This document shows positions 10,820-20,440 of a DNA stretch of 64,000 nucleotides, one piece after another. A model generated the notes under the pieces. It worked only from the letters and a program-made list of their open reading frames with translations. It was not told where the DNA came from and searched no databases. The stretch is from Vicinamibacterales bacterium (GTDB taxonomy: Bacteria; Acidobacteriota; Vicinamibacteria; Vicinamibacterales; G965249535), in NCBI GenBank assembly GCA_965249535.1, contig OZ252241.1:1020730-1084729 (forward strand), written 5' to 3'. Every line of letters begins with the position of its first letter. Position 1 is the stretch's first letter. Position numbers and translations under genes: made by a program.

Positions 10820-12220
10820 ATGACATCAACTCTTGTTTTGTCTTGCCACCTCCTTCATTGGAATCTTTTCCTTCACGCTGAACGAGGTAACGCTCAGACG
10901 TCCTTCGCAACTCCTGTGAAGGAGATAACTACATTATCAGGACATACCTGTCGAGCGAAAAACGTGCGGACTACCCGTCTTGATTCTTTAAATGGACCTG
11001 TCTCGAACACATCATCTCCTTCAACAAGTTCAACACAAACCCGAAACGAATCTAAAAACATCTTCGTCGAAACTCTATCTTCATCCGCCACGTACCTCGG
11101 TCAGAATCAAAACCTTACTCTCGAATACCTCATATCTAAACCCTGGCTAAACAATACCCAACGGAACTTAGATGTATCGGAGAACGATTGGCCGCAGTTT
11201 CGAGGAAATGCACAACTCACTGGAGCCTCAGATTCCATGGTTCCGAGTGAACTGAAACTTCTTTGGACGTACGATGCAGGTGAAACAATTGACTCATCCG
11301 CTGCGATTGTGAACGGAATGGTCTATGTTGGAACCTATAATGGAGAACTTCTCGTTATTGACCTTGAAACAGGTAAGTTGCAATGGACATACCAAGCGAG
11401 TGTTGTCGGCATTGGGGAATCATCTCCGGCTGTTGACAAGGATACCGTTTACATAGGAGACCTATCAGGCGTCATCCACGCGGTTTCATTAACCAACGGT
11501 AAGGCAAAGTGGACTTTCCAGACGGACGGTGAAATTCGATCCTCCCCAGTCCTGGTCGACGACCGCGTACTAATTGGATCGTACGATGGACATCTTTATG
11601 CCCTGACGACCAGCGGTGGCAAGCTCATATGGAAGTTTGAAACAAGCAATTACGTGCACGGTACCCCAGCTATAGCTGATGGAATTGCTTACTTCGGAGG
11701 CTGCGATGAGTTATTCCGTGGGATAAGAATAGCTGACGGCAAGGAGATTTTTAGCCTGTCCTCAGGAGCATATACTGCCGCTTCTCCAGCACTACATAAC
11801 GGTTTCGCGTACTATGGGACGTTCAACAATGAAGTTCTCAGCCTTGATCTCAGTCGTCGCCGGGTTCTATGGCGTTACGAGCACCCTGATCGCCACTTCC
11901 CATTTTACTCCTCACCACTGGTGACCGATGACAGAATCGTCATTGGCGGACGAGATCGGATGATTCATGCGATCGATGCCAGAACGGGTGAAGCACTGTG
12001 GACCTTTATGACGCGATCACGGGTAGACTCTTCACCCGCTTCCGCCAACGGACGTGTTTACGTGGGTTCAAATGACGGACGACTGTACGTTCTCGATTTA
12101 GAACACGGCAAGAAACTGTGGGAATTCGAGGTCGGTGCACCGTTCTCAACCTCGGTAGCTATCGCAGACGGAAAAATCGTGCTTGGATCACAGGACGGAC
12201 AGCTCTACTGCTTTGGGTAA
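10820..12220 (+). CDS. PQQ-like beta-propeller repeat protein (BamB family fold)
   Basis: Repeated propeller motifs (GMVYVGTYNGELLVIDLETGKLQW, GHLYALTTSGGKLIWKF, GRLYVLDLEHGKKLWEF). The ORF track starts at 10724, but a signal-peptide-like MTSTLVLSCHLL begins at ATG 10820, and a small hairpin sits at 10702-10720. Confidence 0.75.
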   Translation: MTSTLVLSCHLLHWNLFLHAERGNAQTSFATPVKEITTLSGHTCRAKNVRTTRLDSLNGPVSNTSSPSTSSTQTRNESKNIFVETLSSSATYLGQNQNLTLEYLISKPWLNNTQRNLDVSENDWPQFRGNAQLTGASDSMVPSELKLLWTYDAGETIDSSAAIVNGMVYVGTYNGELLVIDLETGKLQWTYQASVVGIGESSPAVDKDTVYIGDLSGVIHAVSLTNGKAKWTFQTDGEIRSSPVLVDDRVLIGSYDGHLYALTTSGGKLIWKFETSNYVHGTPAIADGIAYFGGCDELFRGIRIADGKEIFSLSSGAYTAASPALHNGFAYYGTFNNEVLSLDLSRRRVLWRYEHPDRHFPFYSSPLVTDDRIVIGGRDRMIHAIDARTGEALWTFMTRSRVDSSPASANGRVYVGSNDGRLYVLDLEHGKKLWEFEVGAPFSTSVAIADGKIVLGSQDGQLYCFG

Positions 12221-12410
12221 GCTAAGAACAGCGCCCGTACAGAAGCAGGAAAAGGTGATTTCCAACCGATTCGGCCGCAGTCGATTTAATACGGAGGAGG
12301 AAGTAGATTATGTCATCGAAAAGGTGACACAAGTTGTAACCCATTTACGTGGAAGCTCTTCGTTACTACAGCTCCCAACCGAGAAAAATGATGACCAACT
12401 AGAAAGTTGA
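12221..12410 (+). pseudogene. Relic of the 3' end of a cysteine desulfurase (IscS/NifS, class V aminotransferase) gene
   Basis: The frame of ORF 12183..12410 reads ...EKVISNRFGRSRFNTEEEVDYVIEKVTQVVTHLRGSS. This matches the conserved C-terminal SLGRFTTEEEIDYTIE..V......LR segment of IscS/NifS. No upstream body of the gene is present. Confidence 0.55.
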
Positions 12411-12475
12411 TGGTAACTCAAACTAATTCCAGCAAGCATTTTCGAATAAGATCTTAATCTAGGAGGATCCATAAT

Positions 12476-13465
12476 TTGTACACGATCTTACGTGCTCTAC
12501 ATATTAGTTTTTGGCTAGGAATCGTAGCAATCTTGTCAGCCTGCGGTGGACTTCAACCCTCAAGCAACGAACCGAAACATACCTTCCTGAGTCTCGGGAC
12601 AGCCCCCCCAGGAGGAGCTTTCTTCGTCGTCGGTAGCGCCCTTGCCGAAGTTTTGAACACAAAGAGTGACGATTTGCATTCGAGTACCACAGCCGAAGCT
12701 ACAAGCGGCTCACAGGAAAATATCAGGCGCCTAGTCAATGGCGAACTAAATTTTGCACTCTCGAATTCTGCTATTACCTATTTCGCTGTACGCGGCATAG
12801 AAGGTTGGGATCGTGCCTACCCAATACGAACGGTGATGACTCTCGCACCAAATGTCGCTCTGTTCATTACATCGTCCAACTCCGGAGTGGTTAATCTAGC
12901 CAATCTTAAGGGTAAGCGGGTAGTAGTCGGACCGGCTGGTGCAGGCTTTGAGTTCTTCATTAAGCCACTACTGGCTGCACATGACATCAGTTACGAAGAT
13001 TTCTCACCACTGAATGCAACTCAACAAGCAGCGGTCGATATGCTGACAGATGGTTCAGCCACTGCAGCATTTCTAGGTGGTGCTGTACCAACAGCATCAA
13101 TTACGCAGGCTTCGATGTCTCAGGATATCCTCTTTCTCCCATTTGATGAAAAAAGTATGGAACAGCTCATCAAAGATTACCTGTTCTTCAGACCAGCAAT
13201 AATTCCAGCAAAAACTTATAGAGGCCAAACGGAAGATTTTCACTGTCTTGATGTAGGTTCGATGCATCTGATCACAACTGTAGAACAGTCTCAAGATTTA
13301 GTTTATAACGTCACAAAGATACTGTACGAGAATCGTGAGCAGGTCGTTGCGAAACATCCTGCTGGTCGTGCAATTAATGCAATGAATGCCATCAGGAATA
13401 CTGGGACTGAGTTTCATCCTGGTGCGATTCGCTACTACAAGGAGATTGGCATCTGGTTGGACTAA
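12476..13465 (+). CDS. TAXI-family TRAP transporter solute-binding lipoprotein
   Basis: 329 aa. AGGAGG RBS 9 nt before the TTG start, lipobox LSAC, the TAXI signature GTAPPGGAFFVVGSALAEVLN, and a C-terminal FHPGAIRYYKE. Confidence 0.85.
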   Translation: MYTILRALHISFWLGIVAILSACGGLQPSSNEPKHTFLSLGTAPPGGAFFVVGSALAEVLNTKSDDLHSSTTAEATSGSQENIRRLVNGELNFALSNSAITYFAVRGIEGWDRAYPIRTVMTLAPNVALFITSSNSGVVNLANLKGKRVVVGPAGAGFEFFIKPLLAAHDISYEDFSPLNATQQAAVDMLTDGSATAAFLGGAVPTASITQASMSQDILFLPFDEKSMEQLIKDYLFFRPAIIPAKTYRGQTEDFHCLDVGSMHLITTVEQSQDLVYNVTKILYENREQVVAKHPAGRAINAMNAIRNTGTEFHPGAIRYYKEIGIWLD

Positions 13466-15468
13466 CCCCCCACCACAGTCGCACAATTTTCGACATTCGT
13501 GGGCACGTAACCTGTCTACTGAGTGTTGTCCTATGTATATACACAATAGTAGAGGTAAATTATCCAGTTCTTACACCACAGGCACGACTCGCCCTCTTCG
13601 CAACTCTTGGGTTAATACTCTGTTTCTTAAATATTCCTTTGCACCCTAGCCTTCAACATAAGAAGGCTGCTCAAGTATTGGACCTGCTACTGATAGTTCT
13701 AACCCTCCTTTGCTGCGGATTCATATTCGTGCAAAACGAACCGCTATTCGAATCTTGGTGGCTAACCGGAAGGTCGCTCGGAAACCGAGCGGGGCTCGAG
13801 ACAATAGTAGACTCCACCATCGGAACCATTGGACTTATGCTTGTTATGGAAGCTGCTCGCCGATCGCTCGGGATCGCACTTCCATTACTATCGTTAACGT
13901 TCCTCATTTATGCCTACTTCGGTTTCGCTCTACCTTCCTGGTTATTTCCTCATCGTGGATATAGCATCGAACGAATCGTTTCGCAGACATTTCTACATAC
14001 ACAGGGCATCTTTGGCATTGCTCTAAATGTGATGTTTACCTACGTGTTCCTGTTCGTTATCTTCGGAGCATTCTTAGAAGCGACGGGTGCAATGCGATTC
14101 ATTATCGCGTTCGCTCAAAAGGTATTTGGTCACAAACCGGCAGGCCCCGCCAAGGTTGCGGTATTGTGCAGTGGAATAATGGGATCATTGTCAGGTAGTG
14201 CAGTAGCGAACACAGCAACTACCGGAACGTTTACTATCCCAATGATGCGGAGTGCTGGATTTCGTCCAGTGACAGCAGCTGGTATTCAGGCAGCGGCTAG
14301 CTCAGGTGGTGCACTAATGCCACCGGTCATGGGGGCTGGTGCATACATGATGCTTGAGATCATCGAACCTCAGGTGACCTATCTTGAAATAATTCGAGCT
14401 GCCTTGATACCTGCTGTTCTTTACTACATGTCCCTTCTGTTAATTGTTCACTTCCATGCTAGACGTTTTGCGATGGATAGGTCTTCTGTTGAGCCACAAC
14501 TGGATTCTCAGGTATCTGATGCGTCTTCAAGTGACATTAGACTACACTCGTTCGACTCAGGATCTCATTTCGACGGACTGGTATTTGCGACAAGCTTCAG
14601 TGCTCTTTTGTTGTTCCTTGTCCTGAGTTATACGCCGTTTCGCGCTGTGACGTTTTCGCTGCTAGTGCTCCTGACTGTCAGTGCCCTTAATAAGCGAACG
14701 CGGCTAACGTTGCAAGATACGGCCGATGCCCTCATTAAATCTGCTCGTAACATCGTACCACTCATAGCAGCCGCGGCATGTGTTGGAATAGTCATCGGGA
14801 CCGTAACGCTCACTGGCATTGGAACACGACTCCCAGCCACGATCTTACCTCTAGCTGAGGCAAGTCTTTTACTTGCTTTGATCCTGATCATGGCATCATC
14901 GATCATTCTTGGAATGGGTCTACCATCGGCAGCGTGCTACCTTTTAATGGCCACATTGATCGGACCTGTACTTAGTAACCTTGGCGTCGTACCACTCGCC
15001 GCACATCTTTTCATCTTCTACTTCGGTATGATGTCCATGGTGACGCCACCGGTAGCACTTGCCGCGTATACAGCTGCGTCGATTGCAGGAACAAACATTA
15101 TGAGTACAGGTGTTGCTGCGTTTCGCTTTGCACTTGTTGGTTTCACACTACCCTACATGTTTGTATATCGACCACAACTCCTGATGCTGGATCCTTCGGG
15201 TGGAAAAGCTACGGTCTGGAGTACGGTGCTTTCGTTGGGAATAGCAATCCTTGGTGTCACTTCGTTCGCAACTGCCATTACTGGATACTTTCGAAATCCA
15301 CTTTCCATCTCATCACGCCTACTGATGTTCTGCGCTGCCGCACTGCTACTAACCCCTGGACCCACAACTAGTATTGCAGGGTTCCAGATTCCGTTCCTCA
15401 ACGTTCTAGGTGTCTTCTTGTTTAGTAGCGTACTCACGTTAAACGCACTAAGAAAGAATCACGGCTAA
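13453..15468 (+). CDS. TRAP transporter fused 4TM/12TM permease (TAXI-associated)
   Basis: Polytopic ORF. The track starts at TTG 13639 (609 aa), but the same frame is open from 13411. It encodes a conserved-looking N-terminus (IRGHVTCLLSVVLCIYTIVEVNYPVLTPQARLALFATLGLILCFLNIP). The only SD-supported start is CTG 13453, with AAGGAG 8 nt upstream. Confidence 0.8.
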   Translation: MVGLTPHHSRTIFDIRGHVTCLLSVVLCIYTIVEVNYPVLTPQARLALFATLGLILCFLNIPLHPSLQHKKAAQVLDLLLIVLTLLCCGFIFVQNEPLFESWWLTGRSLGNRAGLETIVDSTIGTIGLMLVMEAARRSLGIALPLLSLTFLIYAYFGFALPSWLFPHRGYSIERIVSQTFLHTQGIFGIALNVMFTYVFLFVIFGAFLEATGAMRFIIAFAQKVFGHKPAGPAKVAVLCSGIMGSLSGSAVANTATTGTFTIPMMRSAGFRPVTAAGIQAAASSGGALMPPVMGAGAYMMLEIIEPQVTYLEIIRAALIPAVLYYMSLLLIVHFHARRFAMDRSSVEPQLDSQVSDASSSDIRLHSFDSGSHFDGLVFATSFSALLLFLVLSYTPFRAVTFSLLVLLTVSALNKRTRLTLQDTADALIKSARNIVPLIAAAACVGIVIGTVTLTGIGTRLPATILPLAEASLLLALILIMASSIILGMGLPSAACYLLMATLIGPVLSNLGVVPLAAHLFIFYFGMMSMVTPPVALAAYTAASIAGTNIMSTGVAAFRFALVGFTLPYMFVYRPQLLMLDPSGGKATVWSTVLSLGIAILGVTSFATAITGYFRNPLSISSRLLMFCAAALLLTPGPTTSIAGFQIPFLNVLGVFLFSSVLTLNALRKNHG

Positions 15469-15764
15469 AAACCCCCTGCCCAGTAGGAACTAAGCGTATT
15501 AACACCTGTGTCTGCAATCTAAGATAAACAGTGTCCAAACATCCTCAATAATCGCAGTACGTGGAAATCATTAAACAGAGCAACTCTTGCGCAGCCACAA
15601 ACGAGGAAGTGGCTAACACATCGGGGCCATTCAACCCTCAAGCATGACCATAGACAGATCAATCAACAGTGCCAACTTATGAGATCATGGTCTATGTTAA
15701 GATCCTCCTCGTACCAAGCGTCGATACAACTGCGGCTGTTAATTCGTATCCGTCGCACTGAGTT

Positions 15765-17420
15765 TTGTCTGAACTAGGTAGGATAACTCCCGTGAGTCAT
15801 TGTCCACAGTTTGGCGTTTGGTTGTCGCTCCTATCCACTGTCCTGACTCTGAATGTTTCTGCTTCACAGAGCACGACTGGTCCGAAGGCAGAAGGTATGG
15901 ATCGATCGGCTGCCGGGTCAAGCTCAGAAATTTCACGCCCTAAGTTCACAATAGCTACGACGGAACAGTTTGATGTGAGGTCTATTCCTAAATACCTGGG
16001 CAGCCACGACGAAATCTACGAATATATCGACTCGAATCTAGCTCAACACCTGAAGAACCTCCGCCGTTGGGTCAGCCAGCCATCTGTAAGTGCCGAGAAT
16101 CGCGGTATTCATGAAATGGCCGAAATGCTCAAGAACGATCTAAAAGAGCTTGGCTTCGACGAAGCAGAGGTAGTGCCAACGTCTGGTCACCCAGGCGTAT
16201 GGGGCTACTATGATGCGGATGCCGAACAGACGCTAGCGATCTACATGATGTATGACGTCCAACCCGTAGATCAGGAGAACTGGCAAGTGGACGCCTTTGG
16301 CGGAGTGATAGTCGAAGCTCCATTGGGTCGCGTGCTAATGGCACGCGGTGCAATAAATCAAAAGGGACCTGAAAGAGCATTCTTGAACGCTCTAGACGCC
16401 GTCCTCGGGAGTGGTGAACAACTGCCAATGAATTTGATGATTCTCGCTGAAGGCGAAGAGGAGCTGGGTTCGACCCATTATCCAGAACTGGTCGAGCAGT
16501 ATGCCGATCGGCTCCGAACCGCCACCGGAGTACTCTTTCCTCGAACGAGCCAAACACCAGATGGTTCAGTATCGCTGGCGCTGGGTACCAAGGGAATTGT
16601 CTATTTTGAACTCGAAGCCAGAGGAAGTGCGCTTGGTGGCCCGACTACAGCAGAAATCCACGGTTCGTTCAAAGCGATAACAGACTCCCCAGTATGGCGA
16701 CTCACCCAAGCACTTACGAGCATGACAACTTCTGACGGTAACACTATCTTAGTACCTGGTTACTACGACGCAATCCGTCCACCAACACTCGAGGAGCAGC
16801 GCCTTGTGAACGGAATGCTTGGAGCGTGGACTGAAAGTGAATCAACGATACGTGAGAGCCTTAGTGTAGAACGCTGGATGGATGGGATCAGCGGACGCGA
16901 ATCATTAATGGAATATCTATTCGGCACTTCTCTGAATATCGACGGACTCTGGTCTGGGTACATAGGACCTGGTACTAAAACGATCCTCCCGCACACTGCT
17001 ACGGCAAAATTAGACTCAAGATTAGTGCCGAACCAGACTCCCGAGGAATCACTCAAATTAATTCGTCAACATCTCGACAAACAGGGGTTTTCAGACATTG
17101 AAATCCGACGATTGGCAGGATATCCTCCAGCACAGACATCGGTTAAGTCTTCTTTGGTCCGTGCGGCCATCAGTGTGTTTGCCAAGTATGATCAACTGCC
17201 TGCTGTTGCACCCCGAGTAGCTGGAAGTGCTCCCTACTACGTCTTCACTGAAGGGCTAAACTTACCCTTGATTTCTGCTGGTCTCGGTCACGGCTCTGGA
17301 ATGCACGCTCCCAACGAGTACATGGTCATAGAACCAAGAAATGGTTCAACAATTGCCGGACTTGCTGAAGTTGAGAAATTTTATGTGGATCTACTCTACG
17401 CCATCGCTGAGGCAAAATGA
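15765..17420 (+). CDS. M20-family (CNDP/PepV-like) metallopeptidase homologue, secreted, with substituted metal ligands
   Basis: 551 aa with a signal peptide (alternative GTG start at 15792). Family motifs are YMMYDVQP, ARGAINQKGP, LAEGEEELGS and GMHAPNEY. The usual GH in YGHxDVQP and DD in GRGxxDDKGP are replaced. Confidence 0.75.
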   Translation: MSELGRITPVSHCPQFGVWLSLLSTVLTLNVSASQSTTGPKAEGMDRSAAGSSSEISRPKFTIATTEQFDVRSIPKYLGSHDEIYEYIDSNLAQHLKNLRRWVSQPSVSAENRGIHEMAEMLKNDLKELGFDEAEVVPTSGHPGVWGYYDADAEQTLAIYMMYDVQPVDQENWQVDAFGGVIVEAPLGRVLMARGAINQKGPERAFLNALDAVLGSGEQLPMNLMILAEGEEELGSTHYPELVEQYADRLRTATGVLFPRTSQTPDGSVSLALGTKGIVYFELEARGSALGGPTTAEIHGSFKAITDSPVWRLTQALTSMTTSDGNTILVPGYYDAIRPPTLEEQRLVNGMLGAWTESESTIRESLSVERWMDGISGRESLMEYLFGTSLNIDGLWSGYIGPGTKTILPHTATAKLDSRLVPNQTPEESLKLIRQHLDKQGFSDIEIRRLAGYPPAQTSVKSSLVRAAISVFAKYDQLPAVAPRVAGSAPYYVFTEGLNLPLISAGLGHGSGMHAPNEYMVIEPRNGSTIAGLAEVEKFYVDLLYAIAEAK

Positions 17421-17612
17421 CCCCGACGTGAGGCTTAATTGCTTCGACAAGGCAATGTACGTCCAATCAGAACTCGAAGGGAAGTACTGCTAATCGGATC
17501 AGTCTCACATGCTTCAATGACTATTACTTATTTCTCTGAACCAACTTATCACTTTTGACGCTAGCTTTCAGCAGAACCGTTAAACATACTTCGATCCGAA
17601 GAGAGGGAGATC

Positions 17613-19103
17613 ATGAAACTCTCAACGCAACTGGCAAGCATGGCAGCAGTAGAGCTCGCAGCGCGAATCAGACGTAGAGAAATTTCTCCGGTAGAAGTCG
17701 TGGAGACGTTTATTGAGCGTATCGAAAAACGAAACAAGAGTATGAACGCCTTTGTCTATTTTGGTTACGAAGATGCAAGGAATCGAGCTAAGAAAGCCGA
17801 AACCGCACTTATGGCTGGCGACTTACTAGGCCCCCTCCACGGTGTACCAACCGCCATGAAGGATCTTTTCGATTTTAAACCAGGTTGGGTAAGCACTTTT
17901 GGCGGTGTTCGAGCCTTCAAGGACTTTGTTGCGGATTCCTATTGCACCTACGCCGAGCGTATAGAGAAGGCAGGTGCAATACTACTTGGGGGAAAAAAAA
18001 CAAACAGCCCTACCATGGGTTTTAGAGGCGCCTGTGACAACTACCTATTCGGTCCGTCCAAGAATCCATTCAATTTATCAAAAAATACCGGTGGATCCTC
18101 TGGAGGAAGTGCAGCAGCGGTTGCGGATCGTCTGGTACCTCTTGCAGAAGGAACGGACGGTGGAGGTTCCATTCGTATTCCAGCGGCATGGTGTGGTGTT
18201 TATGGATACAAAGCTTCTTTTGGACGCGTTCCACTCATACTGAGACCGAATGCCTTCGAAGGTAGCACTCCTTTTATTTTTGAGGGTCCGATAACTAGAA
18301 CTGTAGAGGACGCGGCATTAGCACTTACGGCTCTAACTGGCTACGACTCGCGTGATCTATTTAGCCTCGATCAGAAAGTTGACTTTAGGACCTCAACTGA
18401 ACGTTCAATAAAGGGATGGAAAATTGCATATAGTCCGAACTTTGATGTCTTCCCAGTGGACCGAAAGATTGAGGAGAAAGTTGGTAAAACCGTGAGAGCA
18501 TTTGAAGAAGCAGGCGCTCATGTTGATGAGGTGAAGGTCGGGATCAAACGTCCTCAACAAGTGTTGAGTGACGTTTGGTGCCGACTGATTATGCCCATAA
18601 ATGTAGCAATGTTTGAGAACTTTAAGGCTACTGGACTAGATCTTCTCAAAGATCACAAAAACGACTTTCCTCAACAATATCTGGAATGGGTAGAAAAGGG
18701 ATACAGAATGTCCACTGCAGACTTTTGTAAAGACCAAGAAATACGAACAGAAGTCTATGATGCCATCGAGAGTGTTTTTGAAAAATACGATCTCTTGGTA
18801 ACGCCCACAGTGGCATGTCTCCAAGTGGATAACGCAAGTGATGGTAATACTATGGGCCCTATGGAAATCAACGGTGAGACAATTGACCCACTGATCAGTT
18901 GGTGTCTAACTTACTTCATCAATTTCTCTGGGCATCCCGCAGCTTCAATTCCGGCCGGACTGACAGATGATAAGTTGCCTGTCGGGATGCAAATTATCGG
19001 TCGACGTTACGCAGATACTGATGTGCTAGCGGCAAGTGCCGCCTTTGAAAGAATCAGGCCTTGGAATGACATCTATGACATCTGTGCAAGTAGAGCACTC
19101 TAG
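17613..19103 (+). CDS. Amidase (amidase-signature family)
   Basis: 496 aa with a GGGAG RBS. Lys in PTAMKDLF, the GGSSGGSAAAVA signature, and GTDGGGSIRIPAAWCG. Confidence 0.9.
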   Translation: MKLSTQLASMAAVELAARIRRREISPVEVVETFIERIEKRNKSMNAFVYFGYEDARNRAKKAETALMAGDLLGPLHGVPTAMKDLFDFKPGWVSTFGGVRAFKDFVADSYCTYAERIEKAGAILLGGKKTNSPTMGFRGACDNYLFGPSKNPFNLSKNTGGSSGGSAAAVADRLVPLAEGTDGGGSIRIPAAWCGVYGYKASFGRVPLILRPNAFEGSTPFIFEGPITRTVEDAALALTALTGYDSRDLFSLDQKVDFRTSTERSIKGWKIAYSPNFDVFPVDRKIEEKVGKTVRAFEEAGAHVDEVKVGIKRPQQVLSDVWCRLIMPINVAMFENFKATGLDLLKDHKNDFPQQYLEWVEKGYRMSTADFCKDQEIRTEVYDAIESVFEKYDLLVTPTVACLQVDNASDGNTMGPMEINGETIDPLISWCLTYFINFSGHPAASIPAGLTDDKLPVGMQIIGRRYADTDVLAASAAFERIRPWNDIYDICASRAL

Positions 19104-19213
19104 TGGAACGCTGATACTCGCTGTTGCCAGCTTGGAGACACTCGACTGGCTCTGTAGCCATCTTTTATGAACTACAACCCGAAAACACGTTTTGTAATTC
19201 GACCACCCCTTGT

Positions 19214-20200
19214 ATGACTAAATATCTGGAGCAACTAATGACACTCAAAACAAACATGACGTGGACTACGCTCACCGTTCTTTTTTGCACATTCGGAACA
19301 ATTGCTGCGAGTGAATTAAATACGCTCGGACAAGAACAAGACTGGTACCCATCACAGTGGGGAGCTACCGATCAAAAAGGAGCCGCGAACCGTCTGAACC
19401 AAGAAAAAGTACTTCAAGCAAAGAATCTCATTCAAAACGGGAAGATATATCAGTTGGGACACCTGTATGAAGCCGGAATGCCACTCTTCGGTGATCGTCA
19501 TTATAGTCTTCGCATTCCTTTTCCAGCTCAGCCATTAGGTAAAAATCAGGTGACCTACAACGAGGAAATCTTCAGTGGTGAACTGGGACAAGTCGGCACC
19601 CAATTCGATGGCCTCGGACACATTGGCATTGGAGATCTTTATTATAACGGAAATTCGAGACGAGAATTCGGAAGCGCAGAGGGGCTCACCAAACTTGGCG
19701 TCGAAAATGCAGGAGTGTTTGTGAGTCGAGGTGTTCTACTAGATGTCGCTGGCTATAAGGGGGTCACCATGTTGGGTGACACCTACGAAATTACTGCAGA
19801 GGATATCAATGGTACACTGCAGCACCAGAACATAGAGATTCACCCGGGTGATGTTGTGCTCATTCACACTGGTTGGGGTTCACTTTGGATGAATGATAAT
19901 GATCGATATACTCGGTCGGAACCCGGTATCGGACTTGAAGCTGCAAAGTTTCTTGCGGGTCAAGAAATTGTGATGGTCGGTGCCGATAATTGGAGCACCG
20001 AAGTCATCCCAAATCCGGATGAGTCACTTGCCTTCCCAGTTCATCAATTGCTCCTGGCGAAAAATGGTATCTATAACCTCGAAAATCTCATCACAGAAGA
20101 TCTAGCGAGGGATAAAGTCTACGAGTTTGCATTTATGTTCGCACCTCTCCGTCTCAAGGGTGCTACAGGATCTCCTGGAAATCCCATAGCGATCCATTAG
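19214..20200 (+). CDS. Cyclase-family protein (kynurenine formamidase-like fold), secreted
   Basis: ORF 19124..20200. A signal-peptide-like segment follows the internal ATGs at 19214, 19238 and 19256. The family motif variant is GQVGTQFDGLGHIG, and the protein has the usual cyclase size. Confidence 0.7.
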   Translation: MTKYLEQLMTLKTNMTWTTLTVLFCTFGTIAASELNTLGQEQDWYPSQWGATDQKGAANRLNQEKVLQAKNLIQNGKIYQLGHLYEAGMPLFGDRHYSLRIPFPAQPLGKNQVTYNEEIFSGELGQVGTQFDGLGHIGIGDLYYNGNSRREFGSAEGLTKLGVENAGVFVSRGVLLDVAGYKGVTMLGDTYEITAEDINGTLQHQNIEIHPGDVVLIHTGWGSLWMNDNDRYTRSEPGIGLEAAKFLAGQEIVMVGADNWSTEVIPNPDESLAFPVHQLLLAKNGIYNLENLITEDLARDKVYEFAFMFAPLRLKGATGSPGNPIAIH

Positions 20201-20440
20201 GAGTGTAAAAGTAGAAACCTCAAGAGCCCAGAAACTTACTAAACAGAAACTGTCTCTCCTTGCAAGCACGAATGTCGTTTCGGTTAACAGTATGGTACGA
20301 TGGGAATCATCTGTCAGACGAGAGATACAGTGGTACTTGAAGTAGATGACCTTGTGGATCCGACGGTCTCGAGAAGTATTATTACAATCGTGTGTTAGAT
20401 GTTGGTACCTAAAACCATAATTAAACACTTGGAGTTGATC

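Noticed and set aside
19124-19213. 30-codon N-terminal extension of the cyclase ORF
   Set aside because: It starts 20 nt after the amidase stop, has no RBS and its composition is not protein-like. The signal peptide begins after the internal Met codons.
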